A stretch of 64,000 nt of DNA from assembly GCF_002854065.1 (NCBI RefSeq), contig NZ_CP024147.1, one strand, 5' to 3'. The position numbers and the translations under genes were made by a program. Numbering within the stretch: position 1 is the first letter of the stretch; every line of letters begins with the position of its first letter. This DNA comes from Escherichia coli (GTDB lineage Bacteria > Pseudomonadota > Gammaproteobacteria > Enterobacterales > Enterobacteriaceae). The notes beneath the pieces were generated by a model, which saw only the letters and a list, made by a program, of their open reading frames with translations, was not told the origin of the DNA and ran no database searches. This document shows, piece by piece, positions 11,344 through 28,590 of this stretch.

Positions 11344-12159
11344 TTACCAGCCTTTAACAGCGCCGCCGTTAAACACTTTGTTTGCTGCTTCGTAAACTTC
11401 GTCAGACTGATAAGCCTGGACGAATTTCTTCACGTTCTCGGCGTCTTTGTTATCTTCACGCGTTACGATCAGGTTTACGTACGGGGAGTCTTTATCTTCG
11501 ACAAAGATACCGTCTTTCGCTGGAGTCAGGCCAATCTGGCTGGCATAGGTGGTGTTAATAACTGCCAGAGCGATTTGCGCGTCGTCCAGAGAACGCGGCA
11601 GTTGCGGTGCTTCTAGTTCAACAATTTTCAGATTTTTTGGGTTCTCAACAACATCAAGAACGGTCGGCAGCAGGCCAACGCCATCTTTCAGTTTGATCAA
11701 GCCCACTTTTTGCAGCAGCAGCAGTGAACGACCAAGGTTAGTTGGGTCGTTTGGCACGGCAACCTGCGAACCATCCTGCAGTTCATCCAGTGATTTGATT
11801 TTCTTGGAGTAACCAGCAATCGGATAAACAAAAGTGTTGCCTACTGCGACCAGTTTGTAGCCACGATCTTTCAGTTGCTGATCAAGGTACGGTTTATGCT
11901 GGAAGGCGTTGGCGTCGATATCGCCTTTGCTCAATGCTTCGTTTGGCAGAACATAGTCGTTGAAGGTTACCAGCTCAACGTCCAGGCCATATTTGTCTTT
12001 CGCAACTTTCTGCGCGACTTCTGCAACCTGCTGTTCGGCACCAACAATCACGCCGACTTTAATGTGGTTTGGATCTTTTTCATCCTGACCGCAGCCTACC
12101 AGTGCCAGTGATCCAATCAGGGCTCCCACTGCCGCAAAGGTTTTGAATTTGAACGCCAT
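11344..12159 (-). CDS. metQ: D-methionine ABC transporter substrate-binding lipoprotein
   Basis: 271-aa ORF with lipobox LVGCGQ. Confidence 0.93.
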   Translation of the reverse strand: MAFKFKTFAAVGALIGSLALVGCGQDEKDPNHIKVGVIVGAEQQVAEVAQKVAKDKYGLDVELVTFNDYVLPNEALSKGDIDANAFQHKPYLDQQLKDRGYKLVAVGNTFVYPIAGYSKKIKSLDELQDGSQVAVPNDPTNLGRSLLLLQKVGLIKLKDGVGLLPTVLDVVENPKNLKIVELEAPQLPRSLDDAQIALAVINTTYASQIGLTPAKDGIFVEDKDSPYVNLIVTREDNKDAENVKKFVQAYQSDEVYEAANKVFNGGAVKGW

Positions 12160-12198
12160 ACCTTATTCCTTCTTCAATTATTTATGTTGTGTTGAACG

Positions 12199-12852
12199 TT
12201 ACTTGCGAGTGACAGCCCGGACGATGCGGTCGCCTGCGAACTGAATTAAATAAACCAGAATGACCAGCAATACCAGTACCGTATTCATCACCGTCGCGTT
12301 GTAGCCGATGTAGCCATACTGATAGCCAATCTGACCTAAACCACCGGCACCGACTGCACCACCCATCGCGGAATAACCGACCAGGGTAATCAGGGTGATA
12401 GTTGCCGCATTCACCAGACCCGGCAACGCTTCCGGTAACAGCACTTTACGGACGATCTGCATTGGCGTGGCACCCATTGCGCGGGAAGCTTCAATTAACC
12501 CGGTTGGGATCTCCAGCAGAGCGTTCTCGACCATACGGGCAATAAACGGTGCTGCACCAACGGTTAACGGAACAATTGCTGCCTGCAAACCAATCGATGT
12601 ACCGACAATAACGCGGGTAAACGGAATCATCCATACCAGCAAGATAATGAACGGGATGGAACGGAAAATGTTCACAATCGCAGAAACGGTACGATACAGC
12701 TTCGCGTTAGCAATAATTTGCCCCGGACGCGTGACATAAAGCAGGACGCCAACCGGCAGACCAATCACAAACCCAAAAAATCCGGATACGAAGGTCATTG
12801 CCAGCGTTTCCCATACGCCACGAACCAGCAGCCACATCATCGGCTCAGACAT
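12199..12852 (-). CDS. metI: D-methionine ABC transporter permease
   Basis: 217-aa hydrophobic ORF. Confidence 0.93.
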
Positions 12853-13876
12853 AACCCAGTACCTCTACTTTTACATGGTGTTCCTGCAGCCAGGCAATGG
12901 CGGCTTGCGTATCTTGTTGTGTGCCGTGCATTTCAGTCAGCATGATGCCGAACTTAACGCCACCGGCGTAATCCATCTGCGCGCTAATAATGTTGTTGTT
13001 GACGTTGAAACGACGCGCGGTTTCAGAAAGCAGTGGGGCATCGACCGATTGACCGGTAAACTCCAGACGCAGCATCGGCACGCAGTCAGTAAATGGCTCC
13101 GCTTGCAGACGTTCCTGGTAATCTTCCGGGATATCCAGATGCAGGGTCGACTGAATAAACTTCTGCGCCAGCGGCGTTTTCGGATGCGAGAACACTTCAC
13201 TTACCGTGTCCTGCTCGATCAGTTCGCCATTGCTGATGACCGCCACGCAATCACAAATACGCTTCACAACGTCCATTTCGTGGGTGATCAACAGAATCGT
13301 CAAACCCAGACGGCGGTTGATGTCTTTCAGCAGTTCGAGAATAGAACGTGTCGTTGCCGGGTCCAGCGCGCTGGTGGCTTCATCACACAGCAATACTTTG
13401 GGATTGCTGGCTAATGCACGGGCAATCGCCACACGTTGTTTCTGCCCACCGGAAAGATTCGACGGGTAGCTATCATGCTTATCGCCAAGACCAACCAATG
13501 ACAGCAATTCCGTCACGCGACGTTTGATCTCGTCTTTCGGTGTATTGTCCAGCTCCAGCGGCAGAGCCACGTTGCCAAAAACAGTACGCGAAGAGAGCAG
13601 GTTAAAATGCTGGAAAATCATACCAATCTGGCGACGAGCTTTGGTCAACTCGGATTCTGACAGCGTGGTCAGTTCCTGGCCATCGACCAGCACGCTACCC
13701 TCGGTTGGGCGCTCCAGCAGGTTTACACAACGTATAAGCGTACTCTTACCCGCGCCTGAGGCACCGATAACGCCATAAATTTGTCCAGCTGGCACATGCA
13801 GGCTGACGTTGTTCAACGCCTGGATGGTGCGGGTGCCCTGGTGGAACACTTTGGTGATATTCGAAAGTTTTATCAT
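12845..13876 (-). CDS. metN: D-methionine ABC transporter ATPase
   Basis: 343-aa ORF with Walker A (GASGAGKST) and ABC signature LSGGQKQR. Confidence 0.94.
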
Positions 13877-14063
13877 TGATTATTTATTATCGTCATTAAG
13901 TTAGTCGTGGCATTTCGCATGCCTGAAACGGGCAACGCCGTCAATGAAATGGATGTTAAGGCATCCAGACGTCTAAATCAATCAGGTTTATGCGAAGAGC
14001 ACTTTCTTGCAGGTCGAAACATGCGATACTAGCGTCACATGCCTTATTAAGGAGCTATAAAAG

Positions 14064-14639
14064 GTGGCGAAGAGCGTACCCGCAATTTTTCTTGACCGTG
14101 ATGGCACCATTAATGTCGATCACGGCTATGTCCATGAGATCGACAACTTTGAATTTATCGACGGTGTTATTGACGCCATGCGCGAGCTAAAAAAAATGGG
14201 CTTTGCGCTGGTGGTAGTAACCAACCAGTCTGGCATTGCTCGCGGTAAATTTACCGAAGCACAGTTTGAAACGCTGACCGAGTGGATGGACTGGTCGCTG
14301 GCGGACCGAGATGTCGATCTGGATGGTATCTATTATTGCCCGCATCATCCGCAGGGTAGTGTTGAAGAGTTTCGTCAGGTCTGCGATTGCCGCAAACCAC
14401 ATCCGGGGATGCTTTTGTCAGCACGCGATTATTTGCATATTGATATGGCCGCTTCTTATATGGTGGGCGATAAATTAGAAGATATGCAGGCAGCGGTTGC
14501 GGCGAACGTGGGAACAAAAGTGCTGGTGCGTACGGGTAAACCTATTACACCTGAAGCAGAAAACGCGGCAGATTGGGTGTTAAATAGCCTGGCAGACCTG
14601 CCGCAAGCGATAAAAAAGCAGCAAAAACCGGCGCAATGA
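14064..14639 (+). CDS. gmhB: D-glycero-beta-D-manno-heptose-1,7-bisphosphate 7-phosphatase
   Basis: 191-aa HAD-family ORF (DRDGTIN motif). Confidence 0.93.
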
Positions 14640-14678
14640 TTAAAAGATGAGCGATTGAAATAAAAATGCATTTTTCCG

Positions 14679-14707
14679 CTTGTCTTCCTGAGCCGACTCC
14701 CTATAAT
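14679..14707 (+). promoter_or_regulatory. rrnH P1 promoter (-35 cttgtc / -10 tataat)
   Basis: Canonical rrn P1 architecture …cttgtcttcctgagccgactccctataatgcgcc. Confidence 0.7.
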
Positions 14708-14789
14708 GCGCCTCCATCGACACGGCGGATGTGAATCACTTCACACAAACAGCCGGTTCGGTTGAAGAGAAAAATTCTGAAATTCAGGG

Positions 14790-14817
14790 TTGACTCTGAA
14801 AGAGGAAAGCGTAATAT
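14790..14817 (+). promoter_or_regulatory. rrnH P2 promoter (-35 ttgact / -10 taatat)
   Basis: ttgactctgaaagaggaaagcgtaatat upstream of 16S leader. Confidence 0.7.
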
Positions 14818-15001
14818 ACGCCACCTCGCGACAGTGAGCTGAAAGCCGCGTCGCAACTGCTCTTTAACAATTTATCAGACAATCTGTGTGGGCACTCGAA
14901 GATACGGATTCTTAACGTCGCAAGACGAAAAATGAATACCAAGTCTCAAGAGTGAACACGTAATTCATTACGAAGTTTAATTCTTTGAGCATCAAACTTT
15001 T

Positions 15002-16544
<1,543 letters not shown>

Positions 16545-16611
16545 CTTAAAGAAGCGTTCTTTGTAGTGCTCACACAGATTGTCTGATGAAAATGAGCAGT
16601 AAAACCTCTAC

Positions 16612-16688
<77 letters not shown>

Positions 16689-16730
16689 AATTTGCACGGC
16701 AAATTTGAAGAGGTTTTAACTACATGTTAT

Positions 16731-16806
16731 GGGGCTATAGCTCAGCTGGGAGAGCGCCTGCTTTGCACGCAGGAGGTCTGCGGTTCGATCCCGCATAGCT
16801 CCACCA
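16731..16806 (+). tRNA. alaV: tRNA-Ala (TGC anticodon), 16S-23S spacer
   Basis: GGGGCTATAGCTCAGCTGGGAGAGCGCCTGCTTTGCACGCAGGAGG…TCCACCA. Confidence 0.97.
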
Positions 16807-16989
16807 TCTCTGTAGTGATTAAATAAAAAATACTTCAGAGTGTACCTGCAAAGGTTCACTGCGAAGTTTTGCTCTTTAAAAATCTGGATCAAGCTGAAAA
16901 TTGAAACACTGAACAACGAGAGTTGTTCGTGAGTCTCTCAAATTTTCGCAACACGATGATGAGTCGCAAGAAACATCTTCGGGTTGTGA

Positions 16990-19892
<2,903 letters not shown>

Positions 19893-19985
19893 ACAACGCC
19901 GAAGATGTTTTGGCGGATTGAGAGAAGATTTTCAGCCTGATACAGATTAAATCAGAACGCAGAAGCGGTCTGATAAAACAGAATT

Positions 19986-20105
19986 TGCCTGGCGGCCGTA
20001 GCGCGGTGGTCCCACCTGACCCCATGCCGAACTCAGAAGTGAAACGCCGTAGCGCCGATGGTAGTGTGGGGTCTCCCCATGCGAGAGTAGGGAACTGCCA
20101 GGCAT
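19986..20105 (+). rRNA. rrfH: 5S ribosomal RNA
   Basis: TGCCTGGCGGCCGTAGCGCGGTGG…GGAACTGCCAGGCAT. Confidence 0.98.
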
Positions 20106-20157
20106 CAAATTAAGCAGTAAGCCGGTCATAAAACCGGTGGTTGTAAAAGAATTCGGT

Positions 20158-20234
20158 GGAGCGGTAGTTCAGTCGGTTAGAATACCTGCCTGTCACGCAG
20201 GGGGTCGCGGGTTCGAGTCCCGTCCGTTCCGCCA
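20158..20234 (+). tRNA. aspU: tRNA-Asp (GTC anticodon), distal gene of rrnH
   Basis: GGAGCGGTAGTTCAGTCGGTTAGAATACCTGCCTGTCACGCAGGGGGTCGCGGGTTCGAGTCCCGTCCGTTCCGCCA. Confidence 0.97.
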
Positions 20235-20244
20235 CTTATTAAGA

Positions 20245-20274
20245 AGCCTCGAGTTAACGCTCGAGGTTTTTTTT
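20245..20274 (+). terminator. rrnH operon rho-independent terminator
   Basis: Perfect stem cctcgag/ctcgagg followed by T8. Confidence 0.8.
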
Positions 20275-20396
20275 CGTCTGTATATCTATTATTGCCAGAA
20301 TCGCAAAAATCCTCTGCATTTTACGCTCTTTTTCCTCAACAGTCTGAAGCCCATAATCACCTCAGTTAACGAAAATAGCATTAAAAGAGGCATATT

Positions 20397-21201
20397 ATGG
20401 CTATCCCTGCATTTGGTTTAGGTACTTTCCGTCTGAAAGACGACGTTGTTATTTCATCTGTGAAAACGGCGCTTGAACTTGGTTATCGCGCAATTGATAC
20501 CGCACAAATCTATGATAACGAAGCCGCAGTAGGTCAGGCGATTGCAGAAAGTGGCGTGCCACGTCATGAACTCTACATCACCACTAAAATCTGGATTGAA
20601 AATCTCAGCAAAGACAAATTGATCCCAAGTCTGAAAGAGAGCCTGCAAAAATTGCGTACCGATTATGTTGATCTGACGCTAATCCACTGGCCGTCACCAA
20701 ACGATGAAGTCTCTGTTGAAGAGTTTATGCAGGCGCTGCTGGAAGCCAAAAAAACAAGGGCTGACGCGTGAGATCGGTATTTCCAATTTCACGATCCCAT
20801 TGATGGAAAAGGCGATTGCTGCTGTTGGCGCTGAAAACATCGCTACTAACCAGATTGAACTCTCTCCTTATCTGCAAAACCGTAAAGTGGTTGCCTGGGC
20901 TAAACAGCACGGCATCCATATTACTTCCTATATGACGCTGGCGTATGGTAAGGCCCTGAAAGATGAGGTTATTGCTCGTATCGCAGCTAAACACAATGCG
21001 ACTCCGGCACAAGTGATTCTGGCGTGGGCTATGGGGGAAGGTTACTCAGTAATTCCTTCTTCTACTAAACGTAAAAACCTGGAAAGTAATCTTAAGGCAC
21101 AAAATTTACAGCTTGATGCCGAAGATAAAAAAGCGATCGCCGCACTGGATTGCAACGACCGCCTGGTTAGTCCGGAAGGTCTGGCTCCTGAATGGGATTA
21201 A
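20397..21201 (+). pseudogene. dkgB: 2,5-diketo-D-gluconate reductase B (aldo-keto reductase) interrupted by +1 frameshift in an A7 run (20748-20754)
   Basis: Two overlapping ORFs (20397-20771 and 20704-21201) that join into one AKR protein; total span 805 nt = 804+1; frame switches at …[17 protein letters not shown]. Confidence 0.85.
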
Positions 21202-22112
21202 GCCTCTCTGACAGCTCCTCCGGGAGCTGTTTTTACATGCTCACTAAGGAAATCGATAAAAGCCCGGATGCGCGTATTTACCGCACGGTCGCTGTAATAG
21301 ACGGCACTGAATGGCATTTCCACTGGCAACACTTTATCTGCCATTAACTCCACCAATTCTCCGCGAGCGATTTCTTTGTCGATCATGTAGTCGGACAAAC
21401 ACGCAATCCCGTTGCCACTCAGGCAAAGCTGTTTCAGTGTTTCCCCACTATTGGATGACAAACCGTACTTCACCTCATGTAATTGTCCATCGCTATAGGC
21501 TATCGGCCAGGTATTGAGGGAAGCGGGTTCAGTGAATCCCAGGCAAACATGTTGCTTTAAATCGTCGATCGTTTCTGGCTTCCCGTAGCGGGAAATATAA
21601 TCGGGGGAGGCGATAATTTTTCGATAACTGTTAAATAACGGCCTGGCACGTAAGCTGGAATCCGTTAACGTACCGGCGCGTATCGCGACATCCACTTTTC
21701 TTTCGATCAAATTAATAATCGTTTCGGAGGAGACTAGCGATAAAGTGACTTCCGGATAGCGTTCACGGAAAGGCTTAATTAACGGCATCAGAAAGTGCAG
21801 CACCACTGGAGTTGCGGCATCGATCCGTAACAGTCCACGCGGTGTATTACGCGTCTCCATAATTTCTGATTCTGCCGCTGCCATCTCCTGCAAAATTGAC
21901 TGTACGCGACGAAAATAACGCTCGCCTTCTTCCGTCAGGCTAAGTTGTCGCGTGGTCCGATTAAGCAGGCTAACGCCAAGTTTCATCTCCAGCTTTTTCA
22001 CCGCCCGGCTTACCGCTGAGTTTGCTTGCCCTAATTGTTCCGCTGCCCGGCTAAAGCTGCCGCTTTCTACGACCGAAACAAAAATGGCGAGTTCTTCCGA
22101 CGTGGCTTTCAT
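21198..22112 (-). CDS. yafC: LysR-family transcriptional regulator YafC
   Basis: 304-aa ORF with N-terminal HTH (…[23 protein letters not shown]…). Confidence 0.9.
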
Positions 22113-22301
22113 TTTTGCTCCTGTTGCAAAATAGAAGAGATATTTTGAATTTATTTGTCATTAAACCATCAGGATGCGTGATATGTCATCCGATTTAATG
22201 TTCTCAATAATGAGCAAAATTCTGACCGGTGTAAGCACTTGCTTACATAACAATATACAATTGCTCGTTGAAAGAGTGAGCTAAAATCCCTATAACAGTA
22301 G

Positions 22302-23153
<852 letters not shown>

Positions 23154-23230
23154 GGTATGTCAGGTCTGCCACAGGGCAGACCAACGTTTGGCGCTGTCCT
23201 TTTATACTCAAATAACAAAAGGACAGCGCA

Positions 23231-24001
23231 ATGACAATACAATCCCACCATGACCATGTAGAAAAGCAGTTTAGCTCTCAAGCCAGCGAATATCTGACCA
23301 GTACCGTACATGCATCCGGACGAGATTTACAGCGCCTGGCGGTGCGTCTGGCTGATTATCCTGATGCAAGTGTACTTGATATGGGCTGCGGAGCAGGGCA
23401 TGCCAGCTTTGTCGCTGCGCAAAACGTGAGCACGGTGGTGGCGTATGACTTATCTGCCCAAATGCTGGATGTCGTGGCACAAGCTGCCGAAGTCCGGCAA
23501 CTGAAAAATATCACCACCCGCCAGGGTTATGCCGAAAGTCTGCCATTTGCCGATAACGCATTTGATATTGTTATCAGCCGTTATTCTGCCCATCACTGGC
23601 ATGATGTTGGTGCAGCATTGCGTGAAGTGAACCGGATATTGAAACCTGGCGGTAGGCTGATTGTGATGGACGTAATGTCTCCGGGGCACCCAGTGCGCGA
23701 CATCTGGTTACAGACGGTAGAAGCATTACGCGATACCTCTCACGTACGAAACTACGCCAGCGGTGAGTGGTTGACGTTAATCAATGAAGCCAATCTGATA
23801 GTTGATCATTTAATCACGGATAAGTTACCGCTGGAATTTTCTTCATGGGTCGCGAGAATGCGTACGCCAGAAGCGTTAGTAGACGCTATTCGCATTTACC
23901 AACAGAGCGCATCGACAGAGGTGAAAACGTATTTTGCTTTGCAGAATGATGGCTCTTTCACCAGTGATATCATCATGGTAGAAGCACATAAATCGGCATA
24001 A
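23231..24001 (+). CDS. yafE: SAM-dependent methyltransferase YafE
   Basis: 256-aa ORF with SAM-binding motif LDMGCGAGH. Confidence 0.85.
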   Translation: MTIQSHHDHVEKQFSSQASEYLTSTVHASGRDLQRLAVRLADYPDASVLDMGCGAGHASFVAAQNVSTVVAYDLSAQMLDVVAQAAEVRQLKNITTRQGYAESLPFADNAFDIVISRYSAHHWHDVGAALREVNRILKPGGRLIVMDVMSPGHPVRDIWLQTVEALRDTSHVRNYASGEWLTLINEANLIVDHLITDKLPLEFSSWVARMRTPEALVDAIRIYQQSASTEVKTYFALQNDGSFTSDIIMVEAHKSA

Positions 24002-24004
24002 ATG

Positions 24005-24037
24005 AAAAAGGCACCGGGGGAATCGGTGCCTTTCTAT
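24005..24037. terminator. bidirectional rho-independent terminator between yafE and mltD
   Basis: aaaaaggcaccgggggaatcggtgcctttctatt hairpin. Confidence 0.65.
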
Positions 24038-24048
24038 TATCTGGTTTG

Positions 24049-25407
24049 TCAGGAGTCTGGCATGCTGTTGTTTTTCACAAACAACGTCAGCTTATCGCCT
24101 GGTTGCAGATTCGCAGTATCGCTGTTCCAGCGCATCACATCTTTGATGTTCACGCCGTGGCGTTTAGCAATGCTTGAAAGCGAATCGCCTTTGCGCACAC
24201 GATACGTAATGCTATCGCTGTTGTTTGCCAGTCGCTGTGCGCTACTGCCTGCACCAATCGTCAAACTTTGGCCTGTCTTCAGCTTAGATCCGCGCAGTTT
24301 GTTCCACTGCTGCAAATCTTTGGTGCTTACGCCGAGACGTGAAGCGATGCTTGAAAGCGTGTCGCCAGAGCGTACGGTGTAAACACGGCTGTTAAGCGGC
24401 GTATTGTCGGCAACCAGCGTCGACTGTACAGCAGCAATTTCGCCTGAAGCCAGAGATTCACGCAGTTGATCTGCATGCTTCTTTGGCACCATCACGTACT
24501 GCGGACCACTTGCGCCCAGCGTGGAGCCTTTCACGCCAGCGTTGAATGTCTTCAGCTTGCTGACGGAAATCCCCGCCATATCTGCAACCTTCGCCATTTC
24601 AACCGGGCTGCTCAGGTGCACACGCGCCAGAGCACGGCTTTCATCGGTCGTTGGCAGACGTACGCCATAACGCTTGCTGTTTTTGAGAATATCACTCAAT
24701 GCCAGCATTTTAGGCACGTACTGCTTCGTTTCCTGCGGCAACGGTAACGACCAGAAGTCCGTGGATTTCCCACGCGCTTTGTTCGTTTTAATTGCCTTCA
24801 TGACCCGACCTTCGCCGCTGTTATAAGCCGCTACGGTCAGAAGCCAGTCGCCGTCAAACATTTTGTTCAGACGCTGCATCATGTTCAGCGCGGCAGTTGT
24901 TGAAGCAACAACATCGCGACGCGCGTCATAATTGCGGGTCTGTTTCAAACCATAATTGCGCCCCGTGCTCGGAATGATCTGCCAGATGCCTGCGGCATTG
25001 GCACCAGACGTTGCGTGAGGATCAAAAGCGCTCTCCACTATGGGTAGTAGTACCAGTTCCATAGGCATGTTACGTTTTTTAACTTGCCCGGCTATCCAGT
25101 ACATATACGGCTCTGCCCGTAAAGTTACATCGTGGAGATAGCTCTTATTGCGTAAATATTTCTGTTTCTGTTCGCGAATCCGGTCATTTTCCGGAATTCC
25201 CATCTTTAGCTCGTCGCCAATGAAAGCCCACAAGTCACCATCTGGCGCGATAGACGTCCCATCGTCCATCCATCGTGCCTGACTTGTAAACTTTGCTGCT
25301 TCCCCTTGACCAGCTGCAGAAAGGCTCTGTGCGTGCTGTTGTACGTTGCCGGTACTCTGGCAACCCACGAGCAGGACAGAGGCGAGTAATATCGCTTTTG
25401 CCTTCAT
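24049..25407 (-). CDS. mltD: membrane-bound lytic murein transglycosylase D (LysM repeats)
   Basis: 452-aa ORF with lipoprotein signal (LLVGCQS), SLT domain and C-terminal LysM repeats. Confidence 0.93.
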   Translation of the reverse strand: MKAKAILLASVLLVGCQSTGNVQQHAQSLSAAGQGEAAKFTSQARWMDDGTSIAPDGDLWAFIGDELKMGIPENDRIREQKQKYLRNKSYLHDVTLRAEPYMYWIAGQVKKRNMPMELVLLPIVESAFDPHATSGANAAGIWQIIPSTGRNYGLKQTRNYDARRDVVASTTAALNMMQRLNKMFDGDWLLTVAAYNSGEGRVMKAIKTNKARGKSTDFWSLPLPQETKQYVPKMLALSDILKNSKRYGVRLPTTDESRALARVHLSSPVEMAKVADMAGISVSKLKTFNAGVKGSTLGASGPQYVMVPKKHADQLRESLASGEIAAVQSTLVADNTPLNSRVYTVRSGDTLSSIASRLGVSTKDLQQWNKLRGSKLKTGQSLTIGAGSSAQRLANNSDSITYRVRKGDSLSSIAKRHGVNIKDVMRWNSDTANLQPGDKLTLFVKNNSMPDS

Positions 25408-25478
25408 GTGTGTGTCAATAGTTGCTTAAAAGACGACCGATCATAACGGCGAACGGAGCCGATGACAAGAAAGTTTTA

Positions 25479-26237
<759 letters not shown>

Positions 26238-26264
26238 TTACCTCTCAGTGTAAAACGGAAGGTT

Positions 26265-26990
26265 GTGATGAAACCGGCAAGAGTCCCTCAAACTGTCGTG
26301 GCTCCTGATTGCTGGGGCGATTTGCCCTGGGGAGAGCTTTATCGCAAGGCGCTGGAGCGCCAGCTCAACCCGTGGTTCACTAAAATGTATGGTTTTCATC
26401 TGCTTAAGATTGGCAATTTAAGCGCAGAAATCAATTGCGAAGCGTGCGCGGTTTCTCATCAAGTGAATGTTTCTGCTCAAGGAATGCCCGTCCAGGTGCA
26501 GGCGGATCCACTTCATCTTCCTTTTGCCGATAAATCCGTTGATGTTTGTCTACTGGCACATACATTGCCGTGGTGCACCGATCCGCATCGTTTATTGCGT
26601 GAAGCCGATCGGGTATTGATTGATGATGGCTGGCTGGTGATTAGTGGCTTCAATCCCATTAGTTTAATGGGATTACGCAAACTTGTGCCGGTATTGCGCA
26701 AAACCTCGCCCTATAACAGCCGGATGTTTACTCTGATGCGGCAACTGGACTGGCTCTCTTTGTTGAATTTTGAAGTGCTGCACGCCAGCCGTTTCCATGT
26801 TCTCCCGTGGAACAAACACGGAGGAAAACTTTTGAATGCGCATATTCCTGCGCTTGGTTGCTTACAACTTATTGTTGCCCGGAAACGGACTATTCCTTTA
26901 ACGCTAAATCCGATGAAACAGAGTAAAAACAAGCCACGAATTCGCCAGGCGGTTGGAGCCACCCGGCAATGTCGTAAACCACAGGCTTAA
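26265..26990 (+). CDS. yafS: putative SAM-dependent methyltransferase YafS
   Basis: 241-aa ORF, conserved synteny. Confidence 0.85.
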
Positions 26991-27454
26991 ACTTCGACTT
27001 GGTAGCCCGTATCTTCCAGTGTGGGATTCATCGCCGCGGCACGAGCCAGTTCATCACAGCGTTCGTTTTCCGGGTGTCCGGCATGGCCTTTAACCCATTC
27101 CCATTTGATTTGATGCTGCCCCAGCGCAGCATCAAGACGTTGCCAGAGATCGACATTTTTAACTGGTTTTTTGTCTGCTGTTTTCCAGCCACGTTTTTTC
27201 CAGTTATGGATCCACTGGGTGATACCCTGGCGGACATACTGGCTGTCGGTACTCAAAATGACTTCGCAATGTTCTTTTAACGCCTCCAGCGCGACAATAG
27301 CGGCCATCAACTCCATGCGGTTGTTGGTGGTGCGGGTGTAGCCAGCGCTAAAGGTTTTCTCGCGTCCGCGATAGCGTAAAATAGCGCCATAACCCCCAGG
27401 TCCAGGATTGCCCAGACACGAACCATCGGTGAAAATTTCTACCTGTTTAAGCAT
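26987..27454 (-). CDS. rnhA: ribonuclease HI
   Basis: [26 protein letters not shown]… 155 aa; the ORF-track entry is extended upstream. Confidence 0.95.
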
Positions 27455-27518
27455 CTCTGGTAGACTTCCTGTAATTGAATCGAACTGTAAAACGACAAGT
27501 CTGACATAAATGACCGCT

Positions 27519-28250
27519 ATGAGCACTGCAATTACACGCCAGATCGTTCTCGATACCGAAACCACCGGTATGAACCAGATTGGTGCGCACTATGAAGGCC
27601 ACAAGATCATTGAGATTGGTGCCGTTGAAGTGGTGAACCGTCGCCTGACGGGCAATAACTTCCATGTTTATCTCAAACCCGATCGGCTGGTGGATCCTGA
27701 AGCCTTTGGCGTACATGGTATTGCCGATGAATTTTTGCTCGATAAGCCCACGTTTGCCGAAGTAGCCGATGAGTTCATGGACTATATCCGCGGCGCGGAG
27801 TTGGTGATCCATAACGCAGCGTTCGATATCGGCTTTATGGACTACGAGTTCTCGTTGCTCAAGCGCGATATTCCGAAGACTAATACCTTCTGTAAGGTCA
27901 CCGATAGCCTTGCGGTGGCGAGGAAAATGTTTCCCGGTAAACGCAACAGCCTCGATGCGTTATGTGCCCGCTACGAAATAGATAACAGTAAACGAACGCT
28001 GCACGGGGCATTACTCGATGCCCAGATCCTTGCGGAAGTTTATCTGGCGATGACCGGTGGTCAAACGTCGATGGCTTTTGCGATGGAAGGAGAGACACAG
28101 CAGCAACAAGGTGAAGCAACAATTCAGCGCATTGTACGTCAGGCAAGTAAGTTACGCGTTGTTTTTGCGACAGATGAAGAGCTTGCAGCACATGAAGCCC
28201 GTCTCGATCTGGTGCAGAAGAAAGGCGGAAGCTGCCTCTGGCGGGCATAA
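27519..28250 (+). CDS. dnaQ: DNA polymerase III epsilon subunit (3'-5' proofreading exonuclease)
   Basis: [18 protein letters not shown]… DEDD exonuclease motifs; divergent from rnhA. Confidence 0.95.
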
Positions 28251-28382
28251 ATACATGTAAAAGGCGTTAAAAATAGCGACTTGGGCGATTTTTGCAGCAA
28301 ACGATTCAAAAGATGAGAAAAACCGTTGACGAAGGTCGAGGCAATCCGTAATATTCGCCTCGTTCCCAACGGAACACAACGC

Positions 28383-28459
28383 GGAGCGGTAGTTCAGTCG
28401 GTTAGAATACCTGCCTGTCACGCAGGGGGTCGCGGGTTCGAGTCCCGTCCGTTCCGCCA
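28383..28459 (+). tRNA. aspV: tRNA-Asp (GTC); integration site of the downstream island
   Basis: Identical 77-nt sequence to aspU at 20158-20234. Confidence 0.97.
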
Positions 28460-28467
28460 ATATTCAG

Positions 28468-28505
28468 AAAGCCCGAATCAGTAATGATTCGGGCTTTCGT
28501 CGTTT
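28468..28505 (+). terminator. terminator hairpin after aspV
   Basis: aaagcccgaatcagtaatgattcgggcttt followed by T-rich tract. Confidence 0.7.
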
Positions 28506-28590
28506 TGGTGAAGTGAGAATTTTTCACTCCGGAAGTAAAACGGATATGATTTAAAAAATGGCCAGACATTATAAATTCTGGCCACTTCTG

